Source: Minisyncoccota bacterium
GTDB taxonomy: Bacteria > Patescibacteriota > Minisyncoccia > Phycocordibacterales > Phycocordibacteraceae
NCBI GenBank assembly: GCA_035627655.1
Contig: DASPLI010000001.1
Coordinates: forward strand, 665,605 to 729,604
Direction: 5' to 3'
Length of the DNA stretch: 64,000 nt
The translations under genes and the position numbers were made by a program. Positions 18,637-28,463 of the stretch are shown here, piece by piece; positions within the stretch are counted from its first letter, which is position 1, and every line of letters starts with the position of its first letter. The notes under the pieces are model-generated. The model was given only the letters and a program-made list of their open reading frames with translations. It did not search any database and had not been told where the DNA came from.

Positions 18637-20328
18637 TTATTCGTTTGGCGGAAGTCCGAAATATTCCGGCGCAGTCTCCCGCATTTTCGTAAATACCTGA
18701 CTCATCACATACACGCCGCCAAGTGTGGTTCCAGCGGGGCCGCGCTCCATCACGACCGCAAACGCGTATTTTGGTTTGTCATATGGAAAGAACCCGACCA
18801 TCCAGGTGTTGTAGTACTCGTTATTGGCACCAAGCTGCGCAGTACCGGTCTTCCCCGCTGCTTTTACGTACGAGAGCGGATTCAAGCCCACGGACGTTCC
18901 TTCAGTCACGCCCATGCGCATACCTTCTCGCGCAATCCGGAGCCCTTCCCGATCAATCGCGATACTTTCCCCTTCCACCGGTCCGCCCGCAAGAATAGTC
19001 GGTCGGAGCAGTTTTCCGTCGTTTGCAACGGCAGCGATCGCGCGCACTGCCTCAAGCGGCGTAATCTGCATGGCGTACTGCCCAATAGAGGTGTGATACG
19101 TGTTACCGATACGCCACGGCTCGTTATATGTTTCTTCCTTCCAGGCAGGTGTCGGCACAAATCCGGAATTCTCCCCTTCAAGCTCGATGCCGGTAATCGA
19201 TTCAAGACCAAAGGCGTCGTACCAGTATTTCAAGCGCTCGATGCCGAGTCCGCGCTGACCACCAAAGCCGCCGCCCACCGTATAGAAATAGACGTCGGAG
19301 GAATATGCGACTGCGCTTCGCATATTCATGGGACCGAGCGCTTTCCAGTCACGGAAGATGGTTGGGTTTGAGGGGTCATAGGGGTTCGGTACTGAAATAG
19401 CGCCGGTAGAAACAATGATCGTCTCTGGATCGATAATCCCGTCGTTATAGATACCCGCAGCAATCAAGGGCTTCACGATGGAGCCTGGCGTATAGAGTCC
19501 CGACACGGCGCGATCGAGATACGGTTCGCGCGGATTATTCTGGTACGACGCGATCACGTCCGCCGGGGAGCCGCGCGAGAGGATGTTGGGATCGTACTCA
19601 GGGTACGAAACAAGCGCGATCACTTCGCCCGTCTCCACGTCCATCATGACGCCAGAGCCGCCCTTGTACGGAATCTGATCCGCAAGCGAAGAGATCGCAG
19701 TATGCATCGCTTCTTGTACGCGTGCATCTATGGAAAGCGCGATCGTCTCGCCGTTTTGTGCCGGCATCACGCTTCCCTGGCTTTGCACATCGCCAAGCGC
19801 GTTCTCTTCAATCAGCAGCGTCCCGTTCTTGCCGGCAAGCCGCTCTTCAAACGCAAGTTCCGCACCTGCCTGTCCCGTAATTTCCGTTTCGTAATAGTTG
19901 CCGGATGAATCTTTCTTTGGATAGGAAACATAGCCAAGCACGTGCCCGAACCCGGGCGATCGGTACTCGCGAACCGGGAAGCCATCTTCTCCGGCAACGT
20001 TTGCGGCAAGCACGACGCCATTTCGGTCCGTAAGTGCTCCGCGCTCCGCAAATACAATTTCAGGACGCAAACGGTTGCGCTCGCTTTGCGCGGCGTACGC
20101 CTCTCCGCCAATGAGACCAACAGCAACTGCTTTCCCTACCAGAATGAGGAAGAGCGCGGCAGCTCCGAGCATGAGCCCGAGATAACTGCCGTCGCCAAGC
20201 GGTTTTTCAAGACGCCCTTCAAGCCGGGACCGATCAAAGTCCGGCAAGTTTGAGGAATCAAGAAAGATCTCGTCCGGATTGAGCTCATGCCCCCGGTACC
20301 GCTTTCGACGCGAAAACCAACCCATCAT
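18637..20328 (-). CDS. mrdA: Peptidoglycan transpeptidase PBP2 (MrdA).
   Basis: The start was reset to MMGWFSRRKRY, which overlaps the mreD stop in ATGA fashion. The transpeptidase domain carries SxxK, SxN and KTGT motifs. Confidence 0.8.
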   Translation of the reverse strand: MMGWFSRRKRYRGHELNPDEIFLDSSNLPDFDRSRLEGRLEKPLGDGSYLGLMLGAAALFLILVGKAVAVGLIGGEAYAAQSERNRLRPEIVFAERGALTDRNGVVLAANVAGEDGFPVREYRSPGFGHVLGYVSYPKKDSSGNYYETEITGQAGAELAFEERLAGKNGTLLIEENALGDVQSQGSVMPAQNGETIALSIDARVQEAMHTAISSLADQIPYKGGSGVMMDVETGEVIALVSYPEYDPNILSRGSPADVIASYQNNPREPYLDRAVSGLYTPGSIVKPLIAAGIYNDGIIDPETIIVSTGAISVPNPYDPSNPTIFRDWKALGPMNMRSAVAYSSDVYFYTVGGGFGGQRGLGIERLKYWYDAFGLESITGIELEGENSGFVPTPAWKEETYNEPWRIGNTYHTSIGQYAMQITPLEAVRAIAAVANDGKLLRPTILAGGPVEGESIAIDREGLRIAREGMRMGVTEGTSVGLNPLSYVKAAGKTGTAQLGANNEYYNTWMVGFFPYDKPKYAFAVVMERGPAGTTLGGVYVMSQVFTKMRETAPEYFGLPPNE

Positions 20329-20579
20329 CCCCCTATGATACGCGCTTTGATGAATCGGCGCACGAAAAAAGCGATGAGCGAAATGCCGGCTCCGGCGATG
20401 GTCGCAAGCGGATATATACCCGGATGCGGCGCATAGTAGAGCACATCCGTGAAGACACCGGCCAGCAGTCCAATAATGGGAACAAAGAGCGCCCCCGCAA
20501 AGGAAAGGGCGAGCGTTACCGGATATGGAAAGAGGAGCGGCGAAACAAGCGCAAGCACCACTACAATCCAGCGAATCAT
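20325..20579 (-). CDS. mreD: Rod shape-determining protein MreD.
   Basis: An 84-aa polytopic membrane protein lying between mreC and mrdA, coupled 4 nt to each neighbour. Confidence 0.65.
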   Translation of the reverse strand: MIRWIVVVLALVSPLLFPYPVTLALSFAGALFVPIIGLLAGVFTDVLYYAPHPGIYPLATIAGAGISLIAFFVRRFIKARIIGG

Positions 20580-21322
20580 GGAAGAATGCGCACCCAGGTA
20601 AGCGCAAGCGGATTTACCAGAGGACGAATGCGCAGCAGAGCGCGCGGAGATGAAGCGTGGCTCTCAATCCGCTCTACGCGGCCGATGGGAAGCGCACCAG
20701 GACCAGGTACATACACGAGATCTCCCTCGACCACCGGATGCTCGCGCGGCACATCCGCTTCAAAGACGCCAGAACCAGCACCAATGAGCGTGACGGGAAG
20801 ACGAGATTCTCCTACCCAGCCTTCGGTAATACGCTCGGGCGCGGAAAAGAGGAGCGCACGAGAAGATTGTCCGACAACCTGCGCCACCGTACCAATAGGT
20901 ACGCCCTGAGCGTAAATGAGGGCTCCCTCAGTAATGCCGTGATCGGCTCCCCGATCAAGAATCAGCGTGTCATATGGAGAGAGCGGCGGACGAGCAAGCA
21001 CGCCAGCAAGAAGTCCTATGTCTTGCGGCACAGCCCGGTCAGCGCCAACATCGCGCAGCCGTGTACGAAGCGCCTCATTTTCGTTTCGAAGCAGTTCGAG
21101 TTCCGTTACAAGTGCTGCATCAGGGCCGGACTCGTCCCCAAGCGAGAGGAGTGCCGTTGCGCTGGTGCCGGCAGACCACAATGGCGAGACGATTGCCGTA
21201 AGTGCGCTTGGAAACAGCGTCCGCAGTCCAAACAGTAAAAGAAGCACAACGACAACGCCGATCAGGACGAGTCCCCGTCGCGGCGTAAGTACACTAGTTC
21301 TGCGGGAGAATTGCGTCTTCAT
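20576..21322 (-). CDS. mreC: Rod shape-determining protein MreC.
   Basis: An N-terminal transmembrane segment is followed by a coiled coil and MreC beta domains. It lies immediately downstream of mreB. Confidence 0.75.
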   Translation of the reverse strand: MKTQFSRRTSVLTPRRGLVLIGVVVVLLLLFGLRTLFPSALTAIVSPLWSAGTSATALLSLGDESGPDAALVTELELLRNENEALRTRLRDVGADRAVPQDIGLLAGVLARPPLSPYDTLILDRGADHGITEGALIYAQGVPIGTVAQVVGQSSRALLFSAPERITEGWVGESRLPVTLIGAGSGVFEADVPREHPVVEGDLVYVPGPGALPIGRVERIESHASSPRALLRIRPLVNPLALTWVRILP

Positions 21323-22355
21323 CGAGGAATATGCCGCGCCAGATGCGCGGATCTTCGGTAATGATGCCCGTACCGCGCACTACTGCCGTGAGCGGGTCGG
21401 TTGCTACGTACACCGGCACGCCAAGCATCTTGGCGAGCAATTCTGGAAGCCCACGGAGGAGCGCGCCGCCGCCAAACACGGTAACGCCACGTTCAAGCAC
21501 GTCAGAAAGAAGTTCGGGCGGTGTCGCCTCGATCACTTCTTTCATTGCTTCCATCAGCTTATCGAGCGACGCCTCAAGCGCTTCGCGCACGTGCGCATCG
21601 GTAAGAATGATTTCGCGCGGAAGACCCGTTGCAAGATCTCGACCACGCACCGGACGCTCAAGCTTTGTATCAAGCGGGAGCACTGCTCCGATGGCAACCT
21701 TCACCTCCTCTGCGGTCTTCTCGCCAATTGCGAGCTGGAACTCGCTTCGGACGTATTCGGCAATATTGTCGTTGAAGCGATCGCCGGCAACGTGCGAACT
21801 CTTCGAGGAGACGGTGCCGCCCATGGAAATGACGGAGATGTCGGTCGTTCCCCCACCGATATCGAGCACCATGGTGCCGACCGCCTCAGTGACCGGAAGC
21901 TTCGCGCCGATCGCACCAGCCATCGGCTCTTCAACGATATAGACTTCGCGCGCGCCTGAGGCGAGTGCCGCATCGCGCACTGCGCGACTCTCAACGTTCG
22001 TGACACCGGTCGGGACGCCAATAACGATGCGCGGACCAAACAACCGCGACCGGTCGCCCTGCGCCTTGCGGATGAGATACGCCAAGAGCTCCTGCGTTAC
22101 TTCAAAGTCGGAAATGACACCATGCGATAGCGGCCGTACGGCGCGTACATGCGGCGGCGTTTTCCCGAGCATCAGCTTTGCCTCCTTGCCGATTGCGACC
22201 ACCTGTCCCGTCTTATCGTTGACGGTGACGACCGACGGTTCGTTGAGTACGACACCACGACCACGCACGTACACCAGCGTGTTAGCCGTTCCCAAGTCGA
22301 TCCCGATGTCGCTTGAGAAAAGTGAGTTCTTGGAAATGCGTTTTTGCTTTGCCAT
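21294..22355 (-). CDS. mreB: Rod shape-determining protein MreB (actin homologue).
   Basis: The DIGIDLGTANTLVYV phosphate-1 motif and actin-fold motifs are present throughout the protein. Confidence 0.9.
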   Translation of the reverse strand: MAKQKRISKNSLFSSDIGIDLGTANTLVYVRGRGVVLNEPSVVTVNDKTGQVVAIGKEAKLMLGKTPPHVRAVRPLSHGVISDFEVTQELLAYLIRKAQGDRSRLFGPRIVIGVPTGVTNVESRAVRDAALASGAREVYIVEEPMAGAIGAKLPVTEAVGTMVLDIGGGTTDISVISMGGTVSSKSSHVAGDRFNDNIAEYVRSEFQLAIGEKTAEEVKVAIGAVLPLDTKLERPVRGRDLATGLPREIILTDAHVREALEASLDKLMEAMKEVIEATPPELLSDVLERGVTVFGGGALLRGLPELLAKMLGVPVYVATDPLTAVVRGTGIITEDPRIWRGIFLDEDAILPQN

Positions 22356-23597
22356 TTATCGTGTCAGCAGCTCTTCGCGCGAAACCTTCTGCACCTCTCC
22401 CGTCGCGCGATGCACGAGTTCATAGGTTCCCTCTTTCACCGTGTCCTTCCCGACAATGATCCGCCATGGAATGCCGATAAGATCGGCGTCAGCAAACTTC
22501 TCTCCTGCGCGCGCTGCGCGATCGTCGTAGAGGACAGTCGCATTCTTTCCGAGATCTACATAGAGCGACTCGGCAAGCGCTACAACCTCCGCATCATCTT
22601 GCGCGACAGACACCAGGTGATATTTAAACGGCGCGATCGCCTCCGGCCAGACCAAGCCCTTATCGTCCGAGAGCAACTCGGCGATCACTCCCATAAGACG
22701 CGTCGGACCGATACCGTACGAACCCATGACGACCGGCTTACGCACACCCGTCTCGTCCGTATAGGTAAGGCCGAGCGCTTCGGAAAAGCGCGTGCCGAGA
22801 TTGAAAATGTTTCCGACTTCGATCGCCCGCTTTTCAACCAACTCGTCCTTGGAGAGTCCGAGAGTTGCGAGTGCTTCGTCCGTATATACCTCCTTATTGA
22901 CCGCGATGCGCTTCCCTTCATGCACGTAAATAGTGTCTTCACCGGCTTCTGAGATAGTCTGAAACTCTTCCGAAAACGGACTGAAGATGCCGCCAGAAGC
23001 GAAGGTGACGTAAGTCTTATCACCAAGACCAGCGCGCTCAAACACTTTGCGGTACGCGTCGCGTGCCGCTGCATAAAACGCTGCGTGCTCGGCATCGTCT
23101 TTGGAGAAGGAGTACAGATCTTTCATCAGAAACTCCTTGCCGCGCATGATGCCAGACTTAGCGCGCAACTCGTTGCGGAATTTATTTTGGAACTGATAGG
23201 CGTAGCGCGGCAGGTCGCGGTACGACGCGATGTGCTCGGTCATAATGCGTGTGAGGGGTTCTTCGTGCGTAATCGCAAGCCCCGTCTCCCCACCCGACTT
23301 GAACGATGTCTTGAACCAGTTGTCCACTTTCTCGTCGTCCCAGCGGTCCGTGCGGCTCCAGAGTTCTTTATCTTGAAGCGCGGTCATGACCATTTCCTGC
23401 CCGCCAATTGCATCCATCTCTTCACGGATCACCTGCACAATATTCTGGAGTGTTCGATACCCAAGCGGGAGATACGAGTACACGCCCGCCATTTCCTTAT
23501 GCACGTAGCCAGCACGTATGAGGAGCTGGGCGTTTTTCGCCGTTTCGTCAGAAGGCGCCTCCCGGCGCGTTTTCGTAAAAAGCTGACTTTGCCGCAT
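22356..23597 (-). CDS. proS: Prolyl-tRNA synthetase, short class II form. The start could instead be 23633.
   Basis: Class II motifs are present together with the ProRS-typical N-terminus (...SQLFTKTRREAPSDETAKNAQLLIRAGY). Confidence 0.8.
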   Translation of the reverse strand: MRQSQLFTKTRREAPSDETAKNAQLLIRAGYVHKEMAGVYSYLPLGYRTLQNIVQVIREEMDAIGGQEMVMTALQDKELWSRTDRWDDEKVDNWFKTSFKSGGETGLAITHEEPLTRIMTEHIASYRDLPRYAYQFQNKFRNELRAKSGIMRGKEFLMKDLYSFSKDDAEHAAFYAAARDAYRKVFERAGLGDKTYVTFASGGIFSPFSEEFQTISEAGEDTIYVHEGKRIAVNKEVYTDEALATLGLSKDELVEKRAIEVGNIFNLGTRFSEALGLTYTDETGVRKPVVMGSYGIGPTRLMGVIAELLSDDKGLVWPEAIAPFKYHLVSVAQDDAEVVALAESLYVDLGKNATVLYDDRAARAGEKFADADLIGIPWRIIVGKDTVKEGTYELVHRATGEVQKVSREELLTR

Positions 23598-23635
23598 GAA
23601 GGCCAGTATACGGCCCCCTCCCATGAAGGGCAAAA

Positions 23636-24718
23636 CTAGAACAACTTCCCAATATCGCTTGCGGTAATAAGAACCATGAGCAAGATAAGGAAGACGAATC
23701 CGGCGGTGTTGACCGCGCCCGTAACCTTCTCGGGAATCTTGCGGCGAGTGACTGCCTCAATGAGCACGAAGAGAAGACGTCCGCCATCGAGTGCGGGAAC
23801 CGGAAGCAGGTTGATGAGCGCAAGATTCACAGAAATCACTGCCACAAGCGTCAGAAGCGCAACGAGTCCGGTTGCTGACGCGTTCCCAACCGCGCCGGCA
23901 ATTCCAACCGGGCCTGACACCTGCGAGAGGTCTGCTGAGAGCGTAAAGATGCTGCCGAAAAATCCTATAAGACCAATCGCAACATCTTTCGTGAGTTCCC
24001 ACGTCATGCGCGCACCTTCAATCGGCGCTTCAAGTGCCGGGACAGCAACCGTGCCGACGCTTGCAACCCCGATGCCAAGCGCAGCGCGCTCAGGAGTATC
24101 AGGAAGCGTGCCAACTTCTGGCGTTGCCGTAAGCGTGAGCGTCTCTCCTGCGCGCACCACCTGCATCGAGAGCGGTTCTGGGTGGCTGCCGATAAAAGCT
24201 GTAAATGCTTCTGAGTCGGCACTCACAAACAACTCCGCCCCCGCTTCCGCCTTAGTGATGACATCGCCCACGACAAAGCCCGCCTCTTCTGCAGGAGAAC
24301 CGCTGACCACCCGAGACACCATGAGGCGCGCGTCTGGCGCTTGTGCCACTTCTGCGCTTGAAAGCGCTCGCGGCATACCAAGCCCGAGCGATATGGAAAT
24401 AAGCACCCAGGCAAACACGATGTTCATGATGATGCCCGCTGCAAGCACGATGGCCTGCAGGAGGTGCGACTTTGCCGCAAAAGAATCCTTCCCTGCCCCC
24501 TCTCCATCCTCGCCATAAATGCGCACGAATCCGCCAAACGGCAGCCAGTTGAGGGTATATTCGGTGCCATGCTTTTTTGCGAGCACCGCCGCCCGCGGCG
24601 GATACCCAAGCCCAAACTCTTCTACGCGCATGCCCGCCCACTTGGCAGCAAAAAAGTGCCCGAGCTCATGCACAACAATGAGTACGACAAGAACGAGAAT
24701 GAAAAGAAGGATCGTCAT
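23636..24718 (-). CDS. rseP: RIP metalloprotease RseP, a site-2 protease of the M50 family.
   Basis: The HELGH zinc motif sits in the first transmembrane helix. A PDZ-like insert and the LDG motif (PVPALDGG) are also present. Confidence 0.85.
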   Translation of the reverse strand: MTILLFILVLVVLIVVHELGHFFAAKWAGMRVEEFGLGYPPRAAVLAKKHGTEYTLNWLPFGGFVRIYGEDGEGAGKDSFAAKSHLLQAIVLAAGIIMNIVFAWVLISISLGLGMPRALSSAEVAQAPDARLMVSRVVSGSPAEEAGFVVGDVITKAEAGAELFVSADSEAFTAFIGSHPEPLSMQVVRAGETLTLTATPEVGTLPDTPERAALGIGVASVGTVAVPALEAPIEGARMTWELTKDVAIGLIGFFGSIFTLSADLSQVSGPVGIAGAVGNASATGLVALLTLVAVISVNLALINLLPVPALDGGRLLFVLIEAVTRRKIPEKVTGAVNTAGFVFLILLMVLITASDIGKLF

Positions 24719-25270
24719 TTAGGAAGCGATCTCGTCTTTCTTTTTCGCAAGAAGCGCATCAAGTGCCTTGGTGCCGTCGTCAATCAGCTTCTGAACTTCG
24801 TCTTTGAGCCGCTTGAGCTCGTCTTGGCCCATGCCGCCCTCTTTCTCCGACGCTTCCAGCGCCTTGATCGCGTCTGCTCGGTGGCCGCGAAGCGTTACCT
24901 TTGCCTGCTCGCACTTCTCGCCCGCAAGCTTCACGAGCATCGTGCGGCGCTCGGCGGTCAGCTCCGGGAACGTCACACGCAATCCCTGATCGTCCGTTGA
25001 AACGCCAACGCCAAGATCTGCTTCGGTGATCGCCTTCTCAATTGCCTTGGAAACTGTCTTGTCCCACGGCACGATGCGGATCGTGCGTGCGTCTTCAACG
25101 GCAACAGATCCGAGCTGCTGCAGCGGTGTTTTGGTGCCATATGCTTCCGGCTTCACACTATCAAGAAGCGCGGTTGACGCGCGTCCGGTGCGAATGCCGG
25201 TAAATTCGCGCTGCAGCCATTCTTCGGTTTCTTTTATCTGTGCTTTAAGCGGAGAAAAATCGTAAGCCAT
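24719..25270 (-). CDS. frr: Ribosome recycling factor.
   Basis: A 183-aa protein whose N-terminus is MAYDFSPLKAQIKETEEWLQREFTGIRTGRAS. Its stop directly abuts the rseP start. Confidence 0.9.
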   Translation of the reverse strand: MAYDFSPLKAQIKETEEWLQREFTGIRTGRASTALLDSVKPEAYGTKTPLQQLGSVAVEDARTIRIVPWDKTVSKAIEKAITEADLGVGVSTDDQGLRVTFPELTAERRTMLVKLAGEKCEQAKVTLRGHRADAIKALEASEKEGGMGQDELKRLKDEVQKLIDDGTKALDALLAKKKDEIAS

Positions 25271-25326
25271 ATACGTGAGAGTGTAACAAATGTATGAGCC
25301 GCACCGTAGGGGTGCGGCTCACAGTA

Positions 25327-25872
25327 CTAGGATGCCCCATGGGCAATCTCGTTTCCTGCCTTCAGTGGCCTCGGAGGTTTGGGCGTGCAGGAGAGAAATC
25401 CCGCGTACCCCAAAAACCCGATCTGGTCGATCAAGCTCGCAACCGCCTGCCACACATCCCGCCAATCGGTGTCTGGCAGTGATAATACGGCCCACATGAG
25501 TAAAACTTCGATGAAGACGAAGCCAAGCATCATGATGCGGAAGAAGCCCCAGGGAAAGAACGGCCGATACGGACTCATCACTTTCCCCTGATAGCGTTCC
25601 ATCCGGCGATCCAATCCTTCAATTACCTGCAGCAGGATGATGAATAGGATGCCGAAGGCCACGATCCAGAAGTAGTCCCAGCCCGTCTTATGCTCCTCGC
25701 CGATGAACTCCGCCGTCTTGGCAATCAGAGAAAGCCAGATGCACATGCGCGCATAGAAGAAGCAGGTTCGATCAGTTCGGTCGCGAAGCCAGTCGGATGC
25801 TTTCTGGAATACGGAAACGAGCCAATCGTCCAAGCGAACAATGAGCGACATACCGTCCCTCCTTTCTTCCAA
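25327..25872 (-). CDS. Hypothetical membrane protein of 181 aa.
   Basis: There are 3 to 4 transmembrane helices. I recognise no motif. Confidence 0.4.
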   Translation of the reverse strand: MEERRDGMSLIVRLDDWLVSVFQKASDWLRDRTDRTCFFYARMCIWLSLIAKTAEFIGEEHKTGWDYFWIVAFGILFIILLQVIEGLDRRMERYQGKVMSPYRPFFPWGFFRIMMLGFVFIEVLLMWAVLSLPDTDWRDVWQAVASLIDQIGFLGYAGFLSCTPKPPRPLKAGNEIAHGAS

Positions 25873-25903
25873 GAGCTATACGCTCTTCCTTAAGGCGCGT
25901 CAA

Positions 25904-26566
25904 CTAACGTGGCGCCGTAATCAAAATATGCTCAAGAATCGGCTTGAGCGGCGCGGAGCGCTCGTGAAGGATCGGGACGAGACGGTTGAGGTCGCTCAAG
26001 AACGCCCGCGTCTCAGGATCTTTGCGCTTTGCGGAAAGCGCGCGCATTAGTCCTTCGGCAAACGAGAGCGCTTCCGCTCGAGCAGCCTGTTTTTCTTCGG
26101 CCTTGTCGGACTTCGCCCGATCCAATATCGCCTCAATGATTTTTCCGCGCTCACTCTCCTTTCCGGTAAGAAATGCTTTGGCGGCAGCCGATGCGCCAAC
26201 GCCCTCAAGGCCCGGCAGCGGCAAAAGGCGCGAACGAAGCGTTTGAATCAAAACGCCCTCAGATGGCACGATGAGCACTAAATACGTTCCTGCCGGCGGC
26301 TCTTCAAACGTTTTGAGGAGCGCGTTTTGCGCTTCGTGGAAAATGCGCGGCGCAGCGGCGATGATCAGTTTCCGTTCTCCGCTTGCAGGCATGCGACTTG
26401 CCAGTTCCGAAAGCTTACGGGCCTCGTCAACAGAAAACAGCGGCGAGCGAAGCACGATGATGTTCGGATTATTTTGACCAGAAAGACCGAGTGTCTCGCC
26501 GAAGGCGCGCGCCGATTCAATTCCCGCATCCATGTCGCCCGTAACGAAATACGCGTGGTGCTGCAT
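25904..26566 (-). CDS. holB: DNA polymerase III delta' subunit, a minimal form without a P-loop.
   Basis: HAYFVTG is present at the N-terminus, and the NALLKTFEEPP...LQTLRSR sensor motifs are present. Confidence 0.6.
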   Translation of the reverse strand: MQHHAYFVTGDMDAGIESARAFGETLGLSGQNNPNIIVLRSPLFSVDEARKLSELASRMPASGERKLIIAAAPRIFHEAQNALLKTFEEPPAGTYLVLIVPSEGVLIQTLRSRLLPLPGLEGVGASAAAKAFLTGKESERGKIIEAILDRAKSDKAEEKQAARAEALSFAEGLMRALSAKRKDPETRAFLSDLNRLVPILHERSAPLKPILEHILITAPR

Positions 26567-26630
26567 ACCTCCCTAGTGTACCTGAACGCAAATCGGCCCC
26601 GCACAAGGGCGGGGCCGACAGAGCAAACCG

Positions 26631-27281
26631 TTAGAACGTATAGGCGGTGCTGACGCCGAAGGCGAACGCGGAGTCGCGGTCGCCATCGAGCGGCTGATAG
26701 CCGTAGATGGCCGGCGTGATCGAGAGTCCTCCGAATTCGAAGGGACGCTCAACACGGCCGTACACCTGGCTGCCATCCGCATCGGCGTCGTAGCTGATGC
26801 CGCCGCTCAGATCGAGCGCGAGAAGTTCGGTTGCCAGTTCAAGCGCGCCGATGTCGGTTGCGTAGGTCTCGCCTTCCTGGTGCTCATAGATGAGCTCCCA
26901 GGTGACGAGGTCGCCGCCGCCGATCGACAGTTGAACGTCGCCGATGTCTTCCGTTGGCGTTCGCCACCACGCGAGCGTGAGCCCGCAGGTGAACATGCCG
27001 CAGGAAGCCGACGTCGAGAACGTGGCGTCGATTTCTTCAAGCGCGCCGTCTTCGCCATAGCGGTAGCCGTCGACCGCAAGCGACCACGAATCGTGTTCGT
27101 AGGAAATGCCGGCGTGGTACAGCGATGCTTCGTCGTCAACAAGGAATGCTTGCCGCGGGAAGATGTACGCGCTGTCGACGGATGCCGACACGGTCACGGA
27201 CGGTTGTTCTTGAGCGTACGCAGGTTGCGCCACAAACGACAGCGTGCCGAGTGCAGTCGCACACATAAGGAACATGCGCAT
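26631..27281 (-). CDS. Putative outer-membrane beta-barrel protein of the OmpA-like/porin family.
   Basis: A signal peptide (cleavage site AYA-QE), alternating hydrophobic strands and a C-terminal ...STAYTF ending in Phe. It is a paralog of the protein at 44202..44930. Confidence 0.5.
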   Translation of the reverse strand: MRMFLMCATALGTLSFVAQPAYAQEQPSVTVSASVDSAYIFPRQAFLVDDEASLYHAGISYEHDSWSLAVDGYRYGEDGALEEIDATFSTSASCGMFTCGLTLAWWRTPTEDIGDVQLSIGGGDLVTWELIYEHQEGETYATDIGALELATELLALDLSGGISYDADADGSQVYGRVERPFEFGGLSITPAIYGYQPLDGDRDSAFAFGVSTAYTF

Positions 27282-27349
27282 TCAGATACCCTTTCTTTCC
27301 AGGTTTACGCCGTCTACCTTTATATAACAAAACTCTATGAAAGTCAATA

Positions 27350-28363
27350 CTAGCGCTTGGCGATAATACTCTTCTTGTACGTATCCAAATGCTTGAGCGC
27401 TACCCCGGTGCCGCGAGCCACACAGAAGTATGCGTTTTCTGCGAGCATGCCGCGCACGCCGGTTCTGCGGAGAATTAGCTCCGGCATATTGCGAAGCTGC
27501 GAGGTGCCGCCGGTGAGAATGATGCCGTTGTCGATAATGTCGGAGGCAAGCTCGGGCGGTGTTTCCTGAAGCACCTTACGTACCGCGTTCATCATGTCGC
27601 GGAGCTCGCGCGAGACCGCCTGCACGATTTCGTTGGTCTTCAGTTCAATCGTGCGCGGGAGACCCGACACCAAGTCGCGTCCCTTCACAGGCATGGACAA
27701 CTCTTCGGAGACCGGCACCGCAGAACCAATCGTTATTTTGATCTCTTCGGCAGTTTTGTCTCCAATCGAGAGGTTGTGTGCCTTCTTTACGTGATCCACG
27801 ATGGCTCGGTCAAGCGCGTTGCCCGCAACTTTGACCGACGTGGATGCCACGATGCCGCCAAGGGAGATCACCGCAACATCGATCGTGCCGCCGCCGATAT
27901 CCGCAACCATGCGGCCGGACGGCTCATGAATCGGGATGCCAGCACCAATTGCGGCAAGAATCGGTTCTTTGACCACAAACGCATCTGCTGCTCCTGCTTT
28001 CACTGCAGCTTCGATCACGGCACGCTTTTCCGTTGAGGTGACGCCTGCTGGCACTGAGACGAGCACGGTCGGCTTCCAGATGTTGAGCGAGCCGAGCGCG
28101 CGGCGCATAAAGTAGCGCAGCATTGCTTCGGTGACGCGGTAGTCAGCAATAACGCCGTCTTTCATTGGGCGATACGCCTGGATGGAATCTGGCGTTCTGC
28201 CGATCATGCTCTTGGCTTCCGCGCCAATCGCAAGCACCTTGTTCGTTTCGGTCGAGACCGCAACCACCGACGGCTCATTGAGGACAACGCCCTTCCCCGG
28301 CACGAACACCAAGACGTTGGTGGTGCCAAGATCGATGCCAAGTTTTGGAGAAAAGAATGCCAT
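27350..28363 (-). CDS. MreB/Mbl-like actin homologue, a second copy. The start is uncertain (28363 to 28402).
   Basis: The motifs KLGIDLGTTNVLVFV and ADIGGGTIDVAV and an actin fold are present. Confidence 0.8.
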   Translation of the reverse strand: MAFFSPKLGIDLGTTNVLVFVPGKGVVLNEPSVVAVSTETNKVLAIGAEAKSMIGRTPDSIQAYRPMKDGVIADYRVTEAMLRYFMRRALGSLNIWKPTVLVSVPAGVTSTEKRAVIEAAVKAGAADAFVVKEPILAAIGAGIPIHEPSGRMVADIGGGTIDVAVISLGGIVASTSVKVAGNALDRAIVDHVKKAHNLSIGDKTAEEIKITIGSAVPVSEELSMPVKGRDLVSGLPRTIELKTNEIVQAVSRELRDMMNAVRKVLQETPPELASDIIDNGIILTGGTSQLRNMPELILRRTGVRGMLAENAYFCVARGTGVALKHLDTYKKSIIAKR

Positions 28364-28463
28364 TCGTGCGGGCATTGTATCGCGAGGACTAACGGGGAGC
28401 AAAAAGGAGGGTTTGGCCGTGCCTCATGACGTACGGACGCTTTTCTGTTACCCTACTCCCACT

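Noticed and set aside
18637-20607. The full 656-aa track ORF taken as PBP2.
   Set aside because: Its N-terminal 93 codons (Cys/His-rich nonsense) overlap the mreD gene, which lies in another frame on the same strand. The real start is the internal MMGWFS, coupled in ATGA fashion to the mreD stop.
20967-21959. A 330-aa plus-strand ORF opposite mreC/mreB, and other similar antisense ORFs (49649..50389, 54264..54956, 56156..56686, 59275..60153).
   Set aside because: They overlap strongly supported genes on the other strand, so they are composition artefacts.
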